Assembly: GCA_020852835.1 (NCBI GenBank)
Contig: JADZAC010000002.1
Coordinates: forward strand, 246-64,245
Direction: 5' to 3'
Source: Flavobacteriales bacterium
GTDB taxonomy: Bacteria > Bacteroidota > Bacteroidia > Flavobacteriales_F > PHOS-HE28
Length of the DNA: 64,000 nucleotides
Within the stretch, counting starts at the first letter, position 1, and each line of letters begins with the position of its first letter. A program made the position numbers and the translations under genes. The notes under the pieces are model-generated. The model did no database searches, was not told the origin of the DNA, and was given only the letters and a program-made list of their open reading frames with translations. Shown piece by piece: positions 31,053 through 41,169 of the stretch.

Positions 31053-31873
31053 CAGTAGGCGTTCTTCTTCAGCACGGCTTCCTTGTTCGCAGGCTTGCCT
31101 TCCAGCGGTTTGCCGCTTACCGCGTCCAGCCAGGTGCCGTACATGGAATTGGGCAGCATGATGAAGTAACGCTCCAGGGTGTCGCGTTGTGCGTCCACCA
31201 GCGGCTTGCCATGGTCCACGCTGCGGTTCTTGAAGCACTCGTCGAAGTCGCGCAGCTGGTCGCCGGCCAGCAGGGCGATGTAGTGCGATGCGGCCACTTG
31301 GGCACGCCTTGTGGTTTTGTCGCTGGTGCCGTGCATCAGTATCACGTGGGCAGTGTCCACCATGGGAAAGCCTTCGCTGGCCAGGTTCAGCAGGGTGGGC
31401 CCGAGCTCATCCGTTTCACGGTTGCTGATGTAAAACACTTCGCAGCTGCGTTGAGCGGCGTAGTTCAGGAACTCCACCGCGCCGGGCAGGGCCTTGGCGC
31501 TTGCCTTGGCGGTCCATTGCTTCCAGGTATCCGGGGAATACGTGCGGCCCCTCGCGGCGTTGGTCACTTGGTAGGGGCTGTTGTCCAGCACGGTCTCATC
31601 GATGTCCACGATCACCGCCGGGGGCAGCGTGTGCGGCCGCGCCAGGTTGGCGTCCAACCGGATCTTGGCCAGCTCATAGCCCTGCTGATAGAGGCGGTAC
31701 ACCTCGGCGGACATGTTCTGGTAGATGGTGGCATCCACGTTCTGTTGGGCGAGTTGGGCGGCTGAGGGCAGCTGCGGCAGCTGCGTGGCCACCGGGGATC
31801 GTGTGCGGCAGCCGATCGCCAAGAACAGAAGCAGGAAAACGCCAGGTTGGATGTGCTTGTGCATGCTGTGCAT
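31052..31873 (-). CDS. 5'-nucleotidase/acid phosphatase, lipoprotein e(P4) family (HAD class B)
   Basis: Lipobox LAIGC. HAD motif DIDET. 1-nt overlap of its stop with the dtd start. Confidence 0.75.
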   Translation of the reverse strand: MHSMHKHIQPGVFLLLFLAIGCRTRSPVATQLPQLPSAAQLAQQNVDATIYQNMSAEVYRLYQQGYELAKIRLDANLARPHTLPPAVIVDIDETVLDNSPYQVTNAARGRTYSPDTWKQWTAKASAKALPGAVEFLNYAAQRSCEVFYISNRETDELGPTLLNLASEGFPMVDTAHVILMHGTSDKTTRRAQVAASHYIALLAGDQLRDFDECFKNRSVDHGKPLVDAQRDTLERYFIMLPNSMYGTWLDAVSGKPLEGKPANKEAVLKKNAY

Positions 31874-31987
31874 CAGATGGGCAAAGAAACGGGTTCCATG
31901 CAGTCGTGGAAACCTGCCGGGTTGCAGGGCCCCTGACCCCCATCAGTTCAGCACCTCCTTGCCCCCCTGTACCTTTGCCTCCCGAAA

Positions 31988-33862
31988 ATGGACACAACCA
32001 CAACGCTTCCGCCCAAGAAGGTGGAGGCACGCGATAAGGTGGTGATCCTCTTCGCCGGCGACAGCGGCGATGGGATCCAGCTCACCGGTGCGCAATTCAC
32101 CGAATCCAATGCGCTCTTCGGCAACGATGTAAGCACGTTCCCCAACTACCCGGCCGAGATCCGTGCGCCACAAGGCACTCTGGCCGGCGTCAGCGGCTTC
32201 CAGCTCCACTTCGGCAGCGTGGACGTCTTTACCCCCGGCGACACCTGCGATGTGCTGGTGGTGATGAACGCCGCCTCGCTCAAGGCCAACCTCGGCAAGC
32301 TCAAGAACGGCGGCATCATCATTGCCAACAGCGACGGCTTTGATGCCAAGAACCTGCGCCTGGCGGGCTATCCGGATGAGGAGAACCCGCTCACCGACGG
32401 CAGCTTGGACAACTACGTGCTCAACAGCGTGGACATCACCAAGTTGACGCGCAACGCGCTGGAAGGCACCGCGCTGGGCATGAAGGAGAAGGACCGCAGC
32501 AAGAACATGTTCGTGCTGGGCTTCATCCACTGGATGTACAGCCGCAAGCTGGACCGTTCGCGCGCCTTCCTGGCCAACAAGTTCAAGAACAAGCCCGAAC
32601 TGCTGGAAGCCAACCTGCGCGTGCTTCAGGCCGGCTACAACTTCGGCGACACCAGCGAGACCTTCACCACGCGCTTCGAGGTGAAGCCCGCGCCCATGCC
32701 GCAGGGCAACTACCGCAACATCACCGGCAACCAAGGCATCGCCATCGGCCTGATCGCCGCTGCCCAGAAGTCAGGTTTGGAGCTGTTCTACGGCAGCTAT
32801 CCCATCACGCCTGCCAGCGACATCCTGCACGAGCTCTCGCGCAACAAGCATTTCGGCGTGAAGACCTTCCAGGCGGAGGACGAGATCGCCGCCGTGTGCG
32901 CGGCCATCGGCGCCAGCTACGGCGGGGCGCTGGGAACGACCGCCAGCAGCGGGCCGGGCATCGCCCTCAAGGGTGAAGCCCTCGGCCTGGCCTGCATGCT
33001 GGAGATCCCCCTGGTGGTGGTGAACGTGCAACGCGGCGGACCCAGTACGGGCATGCCCACGAAAACCGAACAGGCCGACCTGTGGCAGGCCTTGAATGGC
33101 CGCAACGGTGAGGCGCCCATCCCGGTGATCGCCGCCAGCAGCCCCACCGACTGCTTCGAAATGGCCTTTGAAGCCGTGAAGCTCGCCGTGGAGCACATGA
33201 CTCCCGTGATCCTGCTCAGCGACGGCTACATCGCCAACGGCGCGGAACCTTGGCGCTACCCGGAAGCCAAGGACCTGCGGCCCGTCCATCCGCCATTCGC
33301 CACGGAGCGCGATACCGGTGATGCAGCGCCCTTCCTGCCCTACGACCGCGATGAGCGCGGTGTGCGCCCATGGGCCATCCCCGGCATGAAGGGCCTGCAG
33401 CACCGCATCGGCGGCATCGAAAAGGAGGACAAGACCGGCAACATCAGCTACGACCCGAAGAACCACGAACTGATGGTGCGCCTGCGCGCCGAAAAGGTGC
33501 AGCGCATCGCCGACACCTACCGGCCCATCCGCTTGGACAGCGGGCCATCGGAAGGTGAACTGCTGATCGTGGGCTGGGGTTCCACCTACGGCGCTATCCG
33601 CACAGCCGCATTGGAACTGCAGCAGGAAGGCTACAGCGTGGCGCACGTCCACTTGCGCCACATGTTCCCCATGAACAAGGGCCTTCGCGGCCTGCTGAAG
33701 AACTACAAGAAAGTGCTGGTGCCCGAAATGAACAGCGGACAGCTGCGCCAACTGCTGCGCGCGGAATACTTGGTGGATGCGCAGGGATTGAACAAGATCC
33801 AGGGAATGCCGTTCACCGCCGCCGAGATCCGCAAGGGCGTACTTGATCTTTTGAACCCATGA
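31988..33862 (+). CDS. korA: 2-oxoglutarate:ferredoxin oxidoreductase alpha subunit
   Basis: 624 aa with POR/OFOR domains. Confidence 0.85.
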   Translation: MDTTTTLPPKKVEARDKVVILFAGDSGDGIQLTGAQFTESNALFGNDVSTFPNYPAEIRAPQGTLAGVSGFQLHFGSVDVFTPGDTCDVLVVMNAASLKANLGKLKNGGIIIANSDGFDAKNLRLAGYPDEENPLTDGSLDNYVLNSVDITKLTRNALEGTALGMKEKDRSKNMFVLGFIHWMYSRKLDRSRAFLANKFKNKPELLEANLRVLQAGYNFGDTSETFTTRFEVKPAPMPQGNYRNITGNQGIAIGLIAAAQKSGLELFYGSYPITPASDILHELSRNKHFGVKTFQAEDEIAAVCAAIGASYGGALGTTASSGPGIALKGEALGLACMLEIPLVVVNVQRGGPSTGMPTKTEQADLWQALNGRNGEAPIPVIAASSPTDCFEMAFEAVKLAVEHMTPVILLSDGYIANGAEPWRYPEAKDLRPVHPPFATERDTGDAAPFLPYDRDERGVRPWAIPGMKGLQHRIGGIEKEDKTGNISYDPKNHELMVRLRAEKVQRIADTYRPIRLDSGPSEGELLIVGWGSTYGAIRTAALELQQEGYSVAHVHLRHMFPMNKGLRGLLKNYKKVLVPEMNSGQLRQLLRAEYLVDAQGLNKIQGMPFTAAEIRKGVLDLLNP

Positions 33863-34890
33863 GCACTCCACAGCCTGCGGCCCCCGCGCCGAAGATCAGT
33901 TACGCCAGCGACCAACAAGTGCGCTGGTGCCCCGGTTGCGGCGACTATTCCATTCTCAAGCAAGTGGAAAGCGTGCTGCAGCATCACGGCCGACCGAAGG
34001 AAGAGATCGTCTTCATCAGCGGTATCGGGTGCTCCTCGCGCTTCCCGTATTACTTGGACACCTACGGCATGCACGGCATCCACGGGCGCGCACCGGCCAT
34101 CGCCAGCGGCCTGCGCAGCGTGCAGCCCGACCTCAGTGTTTGGCTGATCACCGGCGACGGCGATTCGCTCAGCATTGGCGGCAACCACCTGATCCACCTG
34201 CTGCGCCGCAATGTGGACATCAACGTGCTGCTCTTCAACAACGAGATCTACGGCCTCACCAAGGGCCAGTACTCGCCCACCTCGCCCGAAGGCGCCGTGA
34301 CGCGCAGCACGCCCATGGGCAGCACCGACCACCCCTTCAACCCATTGGCCTTGTGCAAGGGTGCAGACGGCACTTTCCTGGCCCGCAGCATGGACCGGGA
34401 CCCCAAGCACCTGCGCGAAGTGCTGCTGCGCGCCGAGGCCCACCGCGGCACCAGTTTGGTGGAGATCTACCAGAACTGCAACGTGTTCAACGATGGTGCC
34501 TTCGAGATCTTCACGGAGAAGGCCGGCAAGGCACTGCACACGGTGTTCGTGGAGCACGGCAAACCCCTGCTTTTCGCCAACGGCACCAAGGGCATCAAGC
34601 TCGATGGGTTCACACCTGTGATCATCGACCTCACTGAAGGAAAGCACGGCGTGGACGAGGTGTGGGTGCACGACGAACGCGATTCCTTCAAGGCCAGCAT
34701 CCTGGTGCGCCTCTTCGACGACCCCCACAGGGAAGGCGCCCTGCCGCGCCCCTTCGGCGTGTTCTACGTGAACGACCGCCACACGCACGAAACGAAGATG
34801 AACGCCCAAGTGGCCTTGGCCAAGGAGAAGAGGGGCAACGGGAACCTGGATGCGCTGCTGCGCGGGGAGAACGTGTGGACGATCAATTGA
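33859..34890 (+). CDS. korB: 2-oxoglutarate:ferredoxin oxidoreductase beta subunit (TPP-binding)
   Basis: CPGCGD motif and GDG TPP-binding motif. ATGA overlap with korA. Confidence 0.85.
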   Translation: MSTPQPAAPAPKISYASDQQVRWCPGCGDYSILKQVESVLQHHGRPKEEIVFISGIGCSSRFPYYLDTYGMHGIHGRAPAIASGLRSVQPDLSVWLITGDGDSLSIGGNHLIHLLRRNVDINVLLFNNEIYGLTKGQYSPTSPEGAVTRSTPMGSTDHPFNPLALCKGADGTFLARSMDRDPKHLREVLLRAEAHRGTSLVEIYQNCNVFNDGAFEIFTEKAGKALHTVFVEHGKPLLFANGTKGIKLDGFTPVIIDLTEGKHGVDEVWVHDERDSFKASILVRLFDDPHREGALPRPFGVFYVNDRHTHETKMNAQVALAKEKRGNGNLDALLRGENVWTIN

Positions 34891-34928
34891 GGTTCTGATC
34901 CACCGGCTGGAACCCGGTGGCACATGAT

Positions 34929-35726
34929 CTATCGCAGGTGATTCGGTATCACGCACACCGGTATCGCATTCCACTTGTGCGCGTTGGCGGCGTGCAGCCG
35001 GTCATAGATGGCCAGCACCTCGCGTTGGCGCGGGGTGAGGCCGCTTACATTCGCTTCGGTCGCACTATCCCGCAGCGCCATGGCCCATTCCAGCTCGGGA
35101 TAGCTGGCGCCAAGCTGGTCTTCATCACTGCGGTCGTCGCCGAACAGGCCGTCGGTGGGCTTGGCTTGGAGGATGCTGTCCGCAATGCCCAGTGCTTTCG
35201 CCAGTGCGAACACTTCGCTCTTCATCAAGTCCGCAATGGGGCTGAGGTCCACGCCACCGTCGCCGTATTTGGTGTAGAAGCCCACGCCGAAGTCCTCCAC
35301 CTTGTTGCCGGTGCCGGCCACCAGTGAGCGGCGCATTCCTGCATGGAAGTATAAGGTGGTCATGCGCAGGCGGGCGCGGCTGTTGGCCAGGGCCAGGTGC
35401 AGCGCGGGGCTGTCCGGTTGCGACGGCAATGCCTGCGTGAGCGCATCAAATACCGGCGTAAGGTCCGTACGGACTTCCTCCACGTTGGGGAACTGCGCAC
35501 GCAGCCATGCAATGTGCTCCTGCGCACGGTCCACCTGCGAAGGCGCCTGATGGATGGGCATCTCCACACAGAGCATGGGCAGGCCGGTGCGGGCGCACAG
35601 CGTGCTGACCACCGCGCTGTCGATGCCGCCGCTGATACCTACGACGAAACCGTGCTGCTTGCTGGATATGCAGTAGTTGTGCAGCCAGGCGGTGATGTGG
35701 GAGATGGTGGCTTCGGCGTGGAGCAT
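34929..35726 (-). CDS. nadE: NH3-dependent NAD+ synthetase
   Basis: SGGIDS PP-loop. 265 aa. Confidence 0.88.
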   Translation of the reverse strand: MLHAEATISHITAWLHNYCISSKQHGFVVGISGGIDSAVVSTLCARTGLPMLCVEMPIHQAPSQVDRAQEHIAWLRAQFPNVEEVRTDLTPVFDALTQALPSQPDSPALHLALANSRARLRMTTLYFHAGMRRSLVAGTGNKVEDFGVGFYTKYGDGGVDLSPIADLMKSEVFALAKALGIADSILQAKPTDGLFGDDRSDEDQLGASYPELEWAMALRDSATEANVSGLTPRQREVLAIYDRLHAANAHKWNAIPVCVIPNHLR

Positions 35727-35791
35727 CAGGGTGCAAAGAAAAGCCCCGCTTCCCGAGGCCGGCAGGGAAGCGGGGCTTTCGGTTGAAGTGA

Positions 35792-36475
35792 TCAGAAGAA
35801 TACGCCCAAGGACAGCTCGAGGTAGCTCTGCTTGGCCTTCAGCTCCGTTTTGTTGCCTTGTGCGTCGGTGATCTCGTTGTCTTTGTTGATGTTGGTGAAG
35901 CCGTTGTTGTAGGTGACGCCCACCATCGCTGAAGTGTTTCCGCTGAAGTTGAACTCCAGGCCCGCGCCCACGATCAGCGAGGCTTTGAACAACTGGGTTT
36001 TGTCCATGATGTCCTCATCCGTGATACGGGTGATCTTACCGCCGGCATCCGGTTTGTCAAAGTCGGATTTGGCGCTGATGTTGAAGGCCGAACCGAAGCC
36101 GATCTGGCCATAGTAGGTCATGTAGCCGATCTCATTGGTCTTCAGTTTCAGGGTAAGCGGGAGCTCGATGTACTGGTACTTGGATTCGGTGCCCAAATTC
36201 TGGTTGCCGAAGGGATAGTTCGATTTGCCCCCCACGTTGTTCAGAAATAGGCCTGTGGCGAAGGCATAGTTCTGGTTGTCGCCGATCATAAAATCACCCA
36301 TCAGCCCGAAGGTGTACCCGAAGCGGGCCCCGTCGTTCTTCAGTTCCTTTGTATCAGGCTTGATCCACCCGAAATTCGGCGCCACCTTGATGCCAAAGCG
36401 GACGGACTTGTCCTGGGCTTGGGTGCTGGAGGCGGCAAGGACCAAGAGACAGAGGATGGCGGAGACCTTCTTCAT
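35792..36475 (-). CDS. outer-membrane beta-barrel protein (PorT/OmpA-like small barrel family)
   Basis: Start MKKVSAILCLLVLAASSTQAQ at 36475. C-terminal LGVFF aromatic terminus. Locally lower GC. Confidence 0.65.
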   Translation of the reverse strand: MKKVSAILCLLVLAASSTQAQDKSVRFGIKVAPNFGWIKPDTKELKNDGARFGYTFGLMGDFMIGDNQNYAFATGLFLNNVGGKSNYPFGNQNLGTESKYQYIELPLTLKLKTNEIGYMTYYGQIGFGSAFNISAKSDFDKPDAGGKITRITDEDIMDKTQLFKASLIVGAGLEFNFSGNTSAMVGVTYNNGFTNINKDNEITDAQGNKTELKAKQSYLELSLGVFF

Positions 36476-36495
36476 AGGTTTGCAGGCATTTTTGA

Positions 36496-37524
36496 ATGAT
36501 GGCCAAAGGTAAGAGCAGCGCCGTTCCCGTGGCGGCGATCGTGACATTAGCCGCTTGGGGGTGCGGCGGCGGACAAAAGCCGGTACCGGCCCTTGATCCG
36601 GTGGACACGAACATCCGCATTGAGCGGTTGGACCAGGACCTCTTCCGTGCCGCCAACGATCCCGGAGGCAATTTCAGCCTGAAGCTCTATGCCCACTACG
36701 GGGCCTTCTACAAGTTGTATGTGGAACAGGTGCTGCAGGCCGCAGCCTACAACGACCCCCGCCTGCCCATGGCCTTGATCCAGTTCACGCACGATCCGGA
36801 CTGGAGCCGGCTGCAACAGCTGGCGGACAGTATGTTGGGAAGCATGCAGGAGCAGGAGCAAGGGTTCAACGAAGCCTTTGGCCGGCTGAAAGCCCATTTC
36901 CCTGACAGCCTAATACCGCGCATCATTGCCTATAACTCCGGGTTCAACTACGGGGTGCTGCCTACCGACAGCGTGTTGGGCTTCGGCGTGGAATGGTTCG
37001 TGGGCAAGGAGAGCCCGGTGGTGCAGTACCTCTCACCGGAAATGTTTCCGCAGTACCGCAAGGACCGCATGCGCCCGGAAATGCTCGTGCCCAGTGTGGT
37101 GAAGGGTTGGCTGCAGGTCCACTATGCACGCGATGTACGTGGCGAGGACCTGCTTGCCAACCTGGTGGCGGTGGGCAAGGTGATGGCGCTGCTGGACGCG
37201 CTATTGCCGGAGACCGATGCCAGCTTGAAGTTCGCATTTACTCCGGCCCAGCTGAAGTGGTGCGAGGAGAATGAGTTCAACATATGGCGTGAACTGGTGG
37301 CCAAGGAGCAGTTGTATTCCAAGGACCCCAAGGTGATCGATCGCTTGCTCAATGATGGTCCATTCACCCCGGGCATGCCGCGCGAGAGCCCCGGGCACAT
37401 CGGTGAATGGATCGGGTTCCGCATGGTGGAGAGCTACCTGCGGGCCAATCCCAAGGTGACCTTTGCCGAACTTTTCGCCATGCATGAGCCCCAGGCCATT
37501 TTGAAGTATTACAAACCACGCTGA
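36496..37524 (+). CDS. gldB: gliding motility lipoprotein GldB
   Basis: Lipobox LAAWGC. ~340 aa. Conserved position downstream of nadE and upstream of gldC, as in Flavobacterium johnsoniae. Confidence 0.7.
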   Translation: MMAKGKSSAVPVAAIVTLAAWGCGGGQKPVPALDPVDTNIRIERLDQDLFRAANDPGGNFSLKLYAHYGAFYKLYVEQVLQAAAYNDPRLPMALIQFTHDPDWSRLQQLADSMLGSMQEQEQGFNEAFGRLKAHFPDSLIPRIIAYNSGFNYGVLPTDSVLGFGVEWFVGKESPVVQYLSPEMFPQYRKDRMRPEMLVPSVVKGWLQVHYARDVRGEDLLANLVAVGKVMALLDALLPETDASLKFAFTPAQLKWCEENEFNIWRELVAKEQLYSKDPKVIDRLLNDGPFTPGMPRESPGHIGEWIGFRMVESYLRANPKVTFAELFAMHEPQAILKYYKPR

Positions 37525-37540
37525 ATTCCCTTGCTGCCAC

Positions 37541-37876
37541 ATGAAGGAAACGGACATCACCATCCGGGTACACCTGGACGAAAACCACGTGCCGGAGAAC
37601 ATCGAATGGAAAGCCGATGACGGCGGGGGGGAAGGAGTGTCCAAGGCCATGTTGCTGAGCTTCTGGGATACCCAGGACCTGAATACCCTGCGGATCGACC
37701 TGTGGACGAAGGAGATGACCACCGACGAGATGAAGGCCTTCTTTCACCAGAACATCCTCACGCTGGCAGATACCTTCGAGCGTGCCACCAACGAAGAAAA
37801 AATGGCCGCCCAGATGCGCGATTTTGCCGCCTACTTCGCTGAGCACATGCTGCCCGAGTTGAGGAAAAAGTCTTGA
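37541..37876 (+). CDS. gldC: gliding motility-associated protein GldC
   Basis: 111-aa acidic cytoplasmic protein immediately downstream of gldB. Confidence 0.65.
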   Translation: MKETDITIRVHLDENHVPENIEWKADDGGGEGVSKAMLLSFWDTQDLNTLRIDLWTKEMTTDEMKAFFHQNILTLADTFERATNEEKMAAQMRDFAAYFAEHMLPELRKKS

Positions 37877-37945
37877 GCCTTGAAGCCCGGGGTTCTGGCT
37901 CACGACCTCAGGACTGATGGGCTCCCGACTTGCCAACTACCACCA

Positions 37946-38569
37946 TCAGCCATTCGGCCACCTTCCGTTCACCTCGGTGATGAACTCGAGCACTTCATCG
38001 CGCCCCTTGCCGGTTTCCGATGAGGTAATGATCATGTGCGGCAGGGTATGCCAGGTCTTCTTCAGCTCGCGCCGGTAGAGCGCCACGTTGCTCATCATGG
38101 CGGGTTGCTTCAGTTTGTCGCTCTTGGTGAAGAGGATGACGAAGGGGATTTCTTCTCCGCCCAGCCATTGGATCATCTCCAGGTCGTTCTGCTGGGGTTC
38201 CAGGCGCACGTCCACCAGGAGGAACACACACTGCAGGTTCTCGCGCTCCCGCAGATAGGTGCGCACCATTTGCTGCCATGCTGCCCGTTCGGCCTTGCTG
38301 ATCTTGGCAAAGCCATAGCCCGGGAGGTCGGCCAGCAACCAATGGGTCCGGCTCCCCTTCAACGCTTCCACTTTGAAGTGCTCCACATTCCGCGTTCGGC
38401 CCGGTGTGGTGCTCACGCGGGCCAACCGGTGGATGCCCACCAACATGTTGACCAATGAACTCTTGCCCACGTTGCTGCGCCCGATGAAAGCGAATTCCGG
38501 CAAGTCCGGCTTGGGCCAATGCTTCGCCTCGCGGCCGCTTCCGAGGTGCTCCGCATTCAGGTTATGCAT
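37946..38569 (-). CDS. engB: ribosome biogenesis GTP-binding protein YihA/EngB
   Basis: Start MHNLNAEHLG at 38569. G1 motif GRSNVGKSS and G4 motif TKSDK. Confidence 0.88.
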   Translation of the reverse strand: MHNLNAEHLGSGREAKHWPKPDLPEFAFIGRSNVGKSSLVNMLVGIHRLARVSTTPGRTRNVEHFKVEALKGSRTHWLLADLPGYGFAKISKAERAAWQQMVRTYLRERENLQCVFLLVDVRLEPQQNDLEMIQWLGGEEIPFVILFTKSDKLKQPAMMSNVALYRRELKKTWHTLPHMIITSSETGKGRDEVLEFITEVNGRWPNG

Positions 38570-38692
38570 GCTCGGGGGTTGCTGCCATCGGATGCTTGGT
38601 GATGTTCCGGTGGGCGATCTGTAACTGGTGAACCGTGATCGATGACCGGCGCTGTTCGCTGCCCCTGGTTTCCTGCCAAGGCGAACCACGGA

Positions 38693-39454
38693 CTATCCCA
38701 GTGTTTTCGCCAACCAAACGTCCAGTATGTTGTTGAACTCGGCGGGTTGTTCCATCATGGCCGCATGGCCGCACTGGTCGATCCAATGCAGTTCACTGTG
38801 GGGGATCAGGGTGTGGAATTCCTCGGCCACGTGCGGCGGGGTAATGGTATCCTGCCTGCCCCAGATCAGGCATACGGGCATCTTCAGCTTGGGCAGCTCG
38901 GCCGCCATGTTATGGCGTATGGCGCTTTTGGCCAACGAGAGGATGCGGATCAGTTTCGCCTTGTCATTGACCGTCTCAAAGCACTCGTCCACCAGTTCAT
39001 CGGTGGCGAACTTCGGGTCATGGAAGGTTACGGCCACTTTTTTACGGATGAACTCCTTGTCTTCGCGACGCGGAAAGCCACCGCCGAACGCATTTTCATA
39101 CAGGCCGCTGCTGCCGGTGAGGGTGAGGGTGCGCACTTGGTGGGGGGGACGGCTGCAATGCACCAAGGCCACATGGCCGCCCAAGGAGTTGCCCAGCAGG
39201 TTGATCTCCCGCAGGCCCAAGTGTTGGATGAACCTCCCCAGGAAATCCGCCAATGCCTTCACGTTGGTGTTGAGCATGGGAAGGGAGTACAACGGCAGGA
39301 TGGGCATTACCACGCGGTAGTTCCGAGAAAAATGGGCGGTGGTGTCGCCAAAGTTGCTCAAGGCCCCGAACAGGCCGTGCAAAAACAGCAGCGGCGGCCC
39401 TTCGCCCACATCGATGTATCGGAACTCCCCGGCCTCCTTCAGCGTTTGCCCCAT
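38693..39454 (-). CDS. alpha/beta-fold hydrolase
   Basis: Nucleophile elbow GNSLGG. Start MGQTLKEAG at 39454 (ORF track: 39511). Confidence 0.7.
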   Translation of the reverse strand: MGQTLKEAGEFRYIDVGEGPPLLFLHGLFGALSNFGDTTAHFSRNYRVVMPILPLYSLPMLNTNVKALADFLGRFIQHLGLREINLLGNSLGGHVALVHCSRPPHQVRTLTLTGSSGLYENAFGGGFPRREDKEFIRKKVAVTFHDPKFATDELVDECFETVNDKAKLIRILSLAKSAIRHNMAAELPKLKMPVCLIWGRQDTITPPHVAEEFHTLIPHSELHWIDQCGHAAMMEQPAEFNNILDVWLAKTLG

Positions 39455-39510
39455 GCTTTTTCGTGGATGCCCAAATGTAATTGCTGCTGACAAACTCGCC
39501 GTGCCATGCA

Positions 39511-41169
39511 CTAGCGCATGAGGAGCACGTACTTGTCGTTCCGGAACAATTCATGGGGGAACCAGCGGGCCGCCAAGGGCATCCGGGCCAACTGTGCCGG
39601 TTGTGCCAGCAGGTGGGTTACGCCGTATTGCGCCAATAGCCCGCCGGTGTCCGAACGGGGTTGTTCCAGGCCTTCCAATAACAAGGCATTGTCCTGCTCG
39701 CGCTGCTTTTGGTCCAGATAGGGGTTGCCCATGGTGCTGGCCGTGGCCACCACATGCCGCGCGGTGCACAGCATGGGCCACACACTGAGGTCCAGGTCGC
39801 ACAGCACCACGCCGTTCCACGGCACTTCCCGGCGGATCACTGCGGCAGCTTGGGCACCCGGTTGGTCGGCTTGGAAGGCCAGATCGCGGTTGCGCACGGC
39901 GATCACATCGCGCCGTGTGGCGTAGGAAGGGTACTTCAGGGTGCATCCTGTTGCGATCAGCAGGAAGAAGGCCATGACCAGGTCCGCGCGCGGCACTTCC
40001 CGTTGCGGGGAATGCCGCAGTTGGACCCGGCTCCAGGCCCATTGGCACAAGGCGGTGAAGGCCAACCCGGCGAAAATGGACAGCACGGCACTGGCGTAGA
40101 AATAGAAATGGAAGGTGGGCAGCAAGGCGGGCAGGTTGATGCCCATGTGCTTGTCCAGCACACTGATCGAATAGCTGTAAATGAACAGGCATGTGGCCAA
40201 TATGAGCCAGCTGAGCAGGATGGTGCGGGCACGCCTGGGGGTCCCGAGCTTGCCGGATCGCCGCAGCATCAGCACCAACCCTGCGGTACCGAACAGCATG
40301 AACCACGTGAGGTTGTGGTGGAGGAGCACTCCGATGTGCTGCCAGGTGAGCGCATAGTAGGTGAACAGGAAGCCTTCGCGGTTGGCCACATGCATGCCGC
40401 CCATGAGCAAGCGCCAAGTGAGCGGCATGCTGGCCAGCAGAAATCCGATGGCGGCAAAGAGGCAACTGGTAAGGCATAGGCGGAGCGTGCGGTTGTCCTT
40501 GTTCCGCCGCGCTTGTACAGCCTGGATACCGGTGAGCACGCCGATCATCAGCACGGCGATCATGGCCGGGGCCGCGTGGGCCAGGAAGGTGAGCCCCGCG
40601 CCCAGGCCCGCCACCAGTGCGGGGCCTTGCCGCCCGGTGCGGAAGGCCTTGTCGATGAGCATGAGCTCCACGTAGAAGAGGCTTTGGCTGAAGGAGACCG
40701 GGATCAAGCGGTGGCTGTAAGTGGCCACGACCCACCCGGGTTCCTGGCCTACGGCCCAGAACAAGTAGGCGGCGGTGGCGGCCACGGCGCGTACCGGCCC
40801 CAGCAATTGCCGGCACATGGCAAAAAAAGCAATGGGGGCGAGCAAGTTCGCGAAGGGCCCGAGGCGCACGATGAGGTGTGCCGCCGGCAAGCCGGTAATG
40901 GCGGTCAGCAGGGCTTCCAACCAGGTGATCAGCGGCGTGTACCACATGCCGCCGCCCAAATAGGTGGGGTCTTGCCCATAGTGCCCTTCCAATAGCGCTT
41001 GCACGAAGGCTTCGTCGCGGTGCAGGTCGATCGTGGCGCCGCGTTCCAGGCCGGCAACGGCCTTCCATGCGGGGAGAAAGGCCAAGGCCAGCATGAAGAG
41101 CAGCAGGAGCACGGCCATCCAGTTGATCTGCTGGTGCGCGCGCATGGACCGGTGCCACAACATGCTCAT
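39511..41169 (-). CDS. GT-C-fold polytopic membrane glycosyltransferase (ArnT/PMT/arabinofuranosyltransferase-like), putative polyprenyl-P-sugar-dependent transferase
   Basis: 552 aa with at least 11 hydrophobic helices. Acidic DE motif (HRDEAF) in the first extracytoplasmic loop. Soluble C-terminal ~150-aa domain. First gene downstream of the DprE/UbiA genes. Confidence 0.55.
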   Translation of the reverse strand: MSMLWHRSMRAHQQINWMAVLLLLFMLALAFLPAWKAVAGLERGATIDLHRDEAFVQALLEGHYGQDPTYLGGGMWYTPLITWLEALLTAITGLPAAHLIVRLGPFANLLAPIAFFAMCRQLLGPVRAVAATAAYLFWAVGQEPGWVVATYSHRLIPVSFSQSLFYVELMLIDKAFRTGRQGPALVAGLGAGLTFLAHAAPAMIAVLMIGVLTGIQAVQARRNKDNRTLRLCLTSCLFAAIGFLLASMPLTWRLLMGGMHVANREGFLFTYYALTWQHIGVLLHHNLTWFMLFGTAGLVLMLRRSGKLGTPRRARTILLSWLILATCLFIYSYSISVLDKHMGINLPALLPTFHFYFYASAVLSIFAGLAFTALCQWAWSRVQLRHSPQREVPRADLVMAFFLLIATGCTLKYPSYATRRDVIAVRNRDLAFQADQPGAQAAAVIRREVPWNGVVLCDLDLSVWPMLCTARHVVATASTMGNPYLDQKQREQDNALLLEGLEQPRSDTGGLLAQYGVTHLLAQPAQLARMPLAARWFPHELFRNDKYVLLMR

